DNA from: a virus
IMG/VR virus record: IMGVR_UViG_3300020200_000015
Coordinates: 1 to 64,000 of that record
Direction: 5' to 3' (one strand)
Length of the DNA stretch: 64,000 nucleotides
The notes beneath the pieces are model-generated. The model searched no databases, was not told where the DNA came from, and was given only the letters and a program-made list of their open reading frames with translations. Positions 60,902 through 64,000 of the stretch are shown here, in pieces. Made by a program: the position numbers and the translations under genes. The first letter of the stretch is position 1; each line of letters starts with the position of its first letter.

Positions 60902-62466
60902 CTGGAACGACTCCCGCCTGTTTCACGGCTTCTATCGCGCCGAGGGCGTATTTCAACGTCGCCAGCTCTTGATTCACGCTCGCTCGCCGCTGTAGCAGCG
61001 TTTGCAAGCGCAGTTTCAGACTTCGATGCCTCATCTGGCGTAGGTTCGGTGGGATCGAGCACCATACCGACATCGACCTTCTTTTGCATGATCTCTGACT
61101 GCTTCTGAATGTCACGATCCATCTCATCGAGCTGACGATCGTAGTTCAAGTTCAATCTAGCAGCAGCAGTGCGCGGCGACAAGTAGCCGCCTTCGAGTCC
61201 GAGCTTGTTGGTTTGCGCAACCTCAAGATCCTTGTCCTGCGAGATGGTGGGGAACTCAACTCTGCCAGTGAAGGGCTTTGCATCCCCTTCGTCGTCGGTT
61301 TCAATGGTCAAACCAGAGTTGATGCCATACTTTGACTTGACGGTCAGTACAAACTGGAAGACCATCATCATATAGTGCGCCCACAGGTCTTGCCGGTCTT
61401 CAAACTTCTTGATGACAGGCAATTGCTGCGTCTTCGATGTCGCAAGGTTGCTATTGCTGCCGTCAGCAAGCATGAACTCTGCGAAATTGACGCCAGCGGC
61501 AATAATCAGCAAGATGGCACGACGAGCCTCTTCGTTATGCGACGCCGGCCCCTTGAACTCAAGAATCTTCCACTCCTCGCGGTCATTGTGGACAGGATTC
61601 GAGCCAATCGACCACCCACGGTAGCGCGAAATGGCTGCCGACACTTCATCTGGCGTACCGTCCTTGATACTGATGTCAAAGCACGGTGAACGATACAGCT
61701 TGTTGATGACAACGCCGTCGCGCAGGAACTCTTGGTAGTTGTCCAACCACTCTTTGATGGGAATCAAGTCAGATTGGCCGAAAACGTCCATATTGCCCGA
61801 ATTCAGCTTAATTTGAACGACGCAGCCGGTTTCATCGGCATCGCTTTCGTAGTCATACTTCGAGATATCCGGGATTGTGCGGGTGCGCTGTTTATAGTCA
61901 CCCTCGGAGTACTCAAAAATGTAGTTGTAGATGTCACCAACGTCCTCTTCAGCAGTCTCAATGTTACTGATGTTCTGTGGCGGGATGAAAGTGACTTGAG
62001 TGTCACCCGGTCGCCAGATAACACGGTTTCCGATCTTGGTCTCAGCCTTCTTCGGCCTCAGCCACATGTAGACTTCGCCGAATGCACTCAATTCATCTGA
62101 TGCAGAACGCAGCCTCACTTCAAGCTTGTTCTTTTTGAAGAACTTAACTGCGTAGTACTGAGCCACTTTATCATCGAACTCAAAGATGAGTCCGCGACCA
62201 AGGGTAAAGTACGAACTTGTGTGGATGATGTTGCCGCCAAGCGGGTCGAACTTCCAAAGACGGTATGCCTCATCTAGAAGCTGCTGACGGTTGGCTTCAG
62301 GCAGCTTGAACGGCTGCAAACCGACGTTGATCATCAGTGGGGTCGTGTTGAACGATCCCCCAGAATTGACCCACACCTCTTGCACAGGAGCGTCTTTATC
62401 AACGATCAAAGGATTACCCTTGGGATCTTCGACAAGCACCTTATTTGTTTTCGTGAGCTTGGTCAT
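60898..62466 (-). CDS. portal protein
   Basis: Follows the terminase; DP...NI, GE.Y, FG.SDL, SN.ATS.T and S..TA...L..Y.. Confidence 0.88.
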   Translation of the reverse strand: MTKLTKTNKVLVEDPKGNPLIVDKDAPVQEVWVNSGGSFNTTPLMINVGLQPFKLPEANRQQLLDEAYRLWKFDPLGGNIIHTSSYFTLGRGLIFEFDDKVAQYYAVKFFKKNKLEVRLRSASDELSAFGEVYMWLRPKKAETKIGNRVIWRPGDTQVTFIPPQNISNIETAEEDVGDIYNYIFEYSEGDYKQRTRTIPDISKYDYESDADETGCVVQIKLNSGNMDVFGQSDLIPIKEWLDNYQEFLRDGVVINKLYRSPCFDISIKDGTPDEVSAAISRYRGWSIGSNPVHNDREEWKILEFKGPASHNEEARRAILLIIAAGVNFAEFMLADGSNSNLATSKTQQLPVIKKFEDRQDLWAHYMMMVFQFVLTVKSKYGINSGLTIETDDEGDAKPFTGRVEFPTISQDKDLEVAQTNKLGLEGGYLSPRTAAARLNLNYDRQLDEMDRDIQKQSEIMQKKVDVGMVLDPTEPTPDEASKSETALANAATAASERESRAGDVEIRPRRDRSRETGGSRSS

Positions 62467-62467
62467 T

Positions 62468-64000
62468 TTAGTCTTTCAGCAAGTCGTAGATTCCCTTCAG
62501 CGAATCTGGTTTGTTGTACTTTCTAGAGTCGTACAAGAACTTGGGACCAAGCTTCTCGAACGACTTGCGGTCGGCGATACCCATTTGAGGCACCCAACCG
62601 CCCGCCGGTAGTATGATACCTTGAATCTCTTCTTGAGCCCAGACTGATGCAATACAACTATCGACAACGTCATCGCCCAACTTGTTGTTGAGCATCGAAT
62701 ACTTGTTGTAGCCGCCAGGAATTCGTTCAGCTTTGATATTGCCGAACTGGCTTAACATCTTCTGCACAATCGTGTAGCGGCTGTCATCATCGACAATCGC
62801 CGGGTAGCGAAACATGCACCCATACACGTACTTCTGCATTCTCTCATGCATCAAGTGCTTTTGCGGGCCTGTGAAGCGCAGCGGCTTTATGTACCAATCA
62901 TCCCAGCCGTCTTTGCCTTGCTTATTCTCATACCTACGTACATCGATCCTAGTCAGACCGTTATCGTGCAGCGCTCGATTGAGATCATACAAAAATGCGG
63001 TGTCGAAGGCGTCGCCAAACCCGCCAACTGGTCTGAAAAATGCAATCAACCTCACCAAATCGGTGATAATGGTCTCAGGACGCGAATTAGCACCCCACTC
63101 TTGTGAGTGGAGCCAAAACACCTGATTGTTAATTTTCTCTGTGAACGTAACAGACCATGACGACGCATCCTCTCCGGAACCTGCGCCAGCGCAGTCGATG
63201 CCAATGGTCACATCACCTCTTGCCTGGTATGTGATCTTCGGATCGAGAACTATATCGATCGGAGTGTACTCGTTGTCGGCGCAGTTACGCAGCCATCTAT
63301 CGGGGTAAAACGAGCTTGATTCAACGTACAGCACCAAGTAGGTTCTTGCGAACTGGTGCGGCGTTGACATTGCCTGGAACAACTTGATGTCGTTCTCAGG
63401 AATGATGCCCATTGCAACGCCATGCCAAGCGTTGAACTTGGGCAGCACATTGAACCTCAGCTTGACGCTACCGTTGATTTCCTCTGGGTGCTCAATCTTG
63501 TAGATGTTGCCGATGCCTTTGATTGTGCCCGTGATAACGCGCAGGCAGGCACTATGGCATCCATAATCATGCTGATCTTTGATTTGCGAGCCAGTCGGGT
63601 AGATGCGGGTTAGGAACGACTCCCAATCTATATCATCGAACTCTTCAAGCCATTGGTGCGTTGCGCCCAGACCGTCAACTGATGACGCCTGACCTTTGGC
63701 TTGAATCAGGCTTCGATTCATGAATTCGATGTGCTCCTTGCCGATACCGTCGCCGAGGCGTTCATCAAGGTATGCGAGGGCAATCTCTGAATTCATCACC
63801 ATATCGTTCATGTAGCGCAGGTTGCGCTTGCTCTGCTCAATGGCAGGGCTATGAACGTTGACTTCGCTGTATGGCAGGCACATTGCCTCCTCAAGAAAGT
63901 AAGCCGAAACTGTGAACGACTTACGAATACGGCGGCTTCCAATCAGCATGTGGCTATCACCCTTCTCGTCCATCTCATTCATCCAATGGACTTGGTGCGG
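62468..64000 (-). CDS. terminase large subunit (5' end beyond the window)
   Basis: Frame open to 64000 (PHQ Q-motif); ATPase motifs SRRIRKS, WLEE and GT; nuclease IGIDCA...D and DDVVDS. Confidence 0.88.
   Translation of the reverse strand, partial: PHQVHWMNEMDEKGDSHMLIGSRRIRKSFTVSAYFLEEAMCLPYSEVNVHSPAIEQSKRNLRYMNDMVMNSEIALAYLDERLGDGIGKEHIEFMNRSLIQAKGQASSVDGLGATHQWLEEFDDIDWESFLTRIYPTGSQIKDQHDYGCHSACLRVITGTIKGIGNIYKIEHPEEINGSVKLRFNVLPKFNAWHGVAMGIIPENDIKLFQAMSTPHQFARTYLVLYVESSSFYPDRWLRNCADNEYTPIDIVLDPKITYQARGDVTIGIDCAGAGSGEDASSWSVTFTEKINNQVFWLHSQEWGANSRPETIITDLVRLIAFFRPVGGFGDAFDTAFLYDLNRALHDNGLTRIDVRRYENKQGKDGWDDWYIKPLRFTGPQKHLMHERMQKYVYGCMFRYPAIVDDDSRYTIVQKMLSQFGNIKAERIPGGYNKYSMLNNKLGDDVVDSCIASVWAQEEIQGIILPAGGWVPQMGIADRKSFEKLGPKFLYDSRKYNKPDSLKGIYDLLKD

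Overview
This is a 64 kb slice of a tailed dsDNA bacteriophage genome. It is siphovirus-like, with a tail tube, chaperones and a 1678-aa tape measure but no sheath. Essentially every real gene is on the minus strand. In transcription order (right to left) there are three modules. (1) Packaging and morphogenesis, ~64000-36244: large terminase cut by the window edge, portal, protease/scaffold, DUF2190-like decoration protein, major capsid, a GT4 glycosyltransferase, three small membrane or lipoprotein genes, head-tail connectors, tail tube, frameshifting chaperone pair, tape measure, a repeat-built distal-tail-like protein and a 2175-aa collagen-containing tail tip protein. (2) A largely self-sufficient replication and recombination module, ~35769-15838: SF2 helicase, candidate origin, DnaC-like loader, DnaB, primase, sigma-like factor, a DnaE split into two genes, beta clamp, gp32-like SSB, RecA, SbcD, RuvC-like resolvase and SbcC. 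(3) An accessory block, ~15000-1: two more sigma-like proteins, a DenV-like glycosylase, and the whole GTP-to-preQ1 7-deazaguanine pathway (folE, queD, queE, queC, queF) interleaved with five glycosyltransferases and a SAM methyltransferase. The best candidates for new biology are as follows. First, a virion glycosylation system: six GTs plus a marked enrichment of small/hydrophobic-Ser-Gly motifs in predicted virion-surface proteins, a possible sequon. Second, possible sugar or methyl hypermodification of 7-deazaguanine DNA. Other notable items are a single-chain multi-repeat distal tail protein, an intein-free split DnaE, a G-quadruplex-type candidate origin and a non-canonical (+1/-2) tail chaperone frameshift. 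All assignments come from motif recognition by eye. No database searches were run and counts are hand counts.
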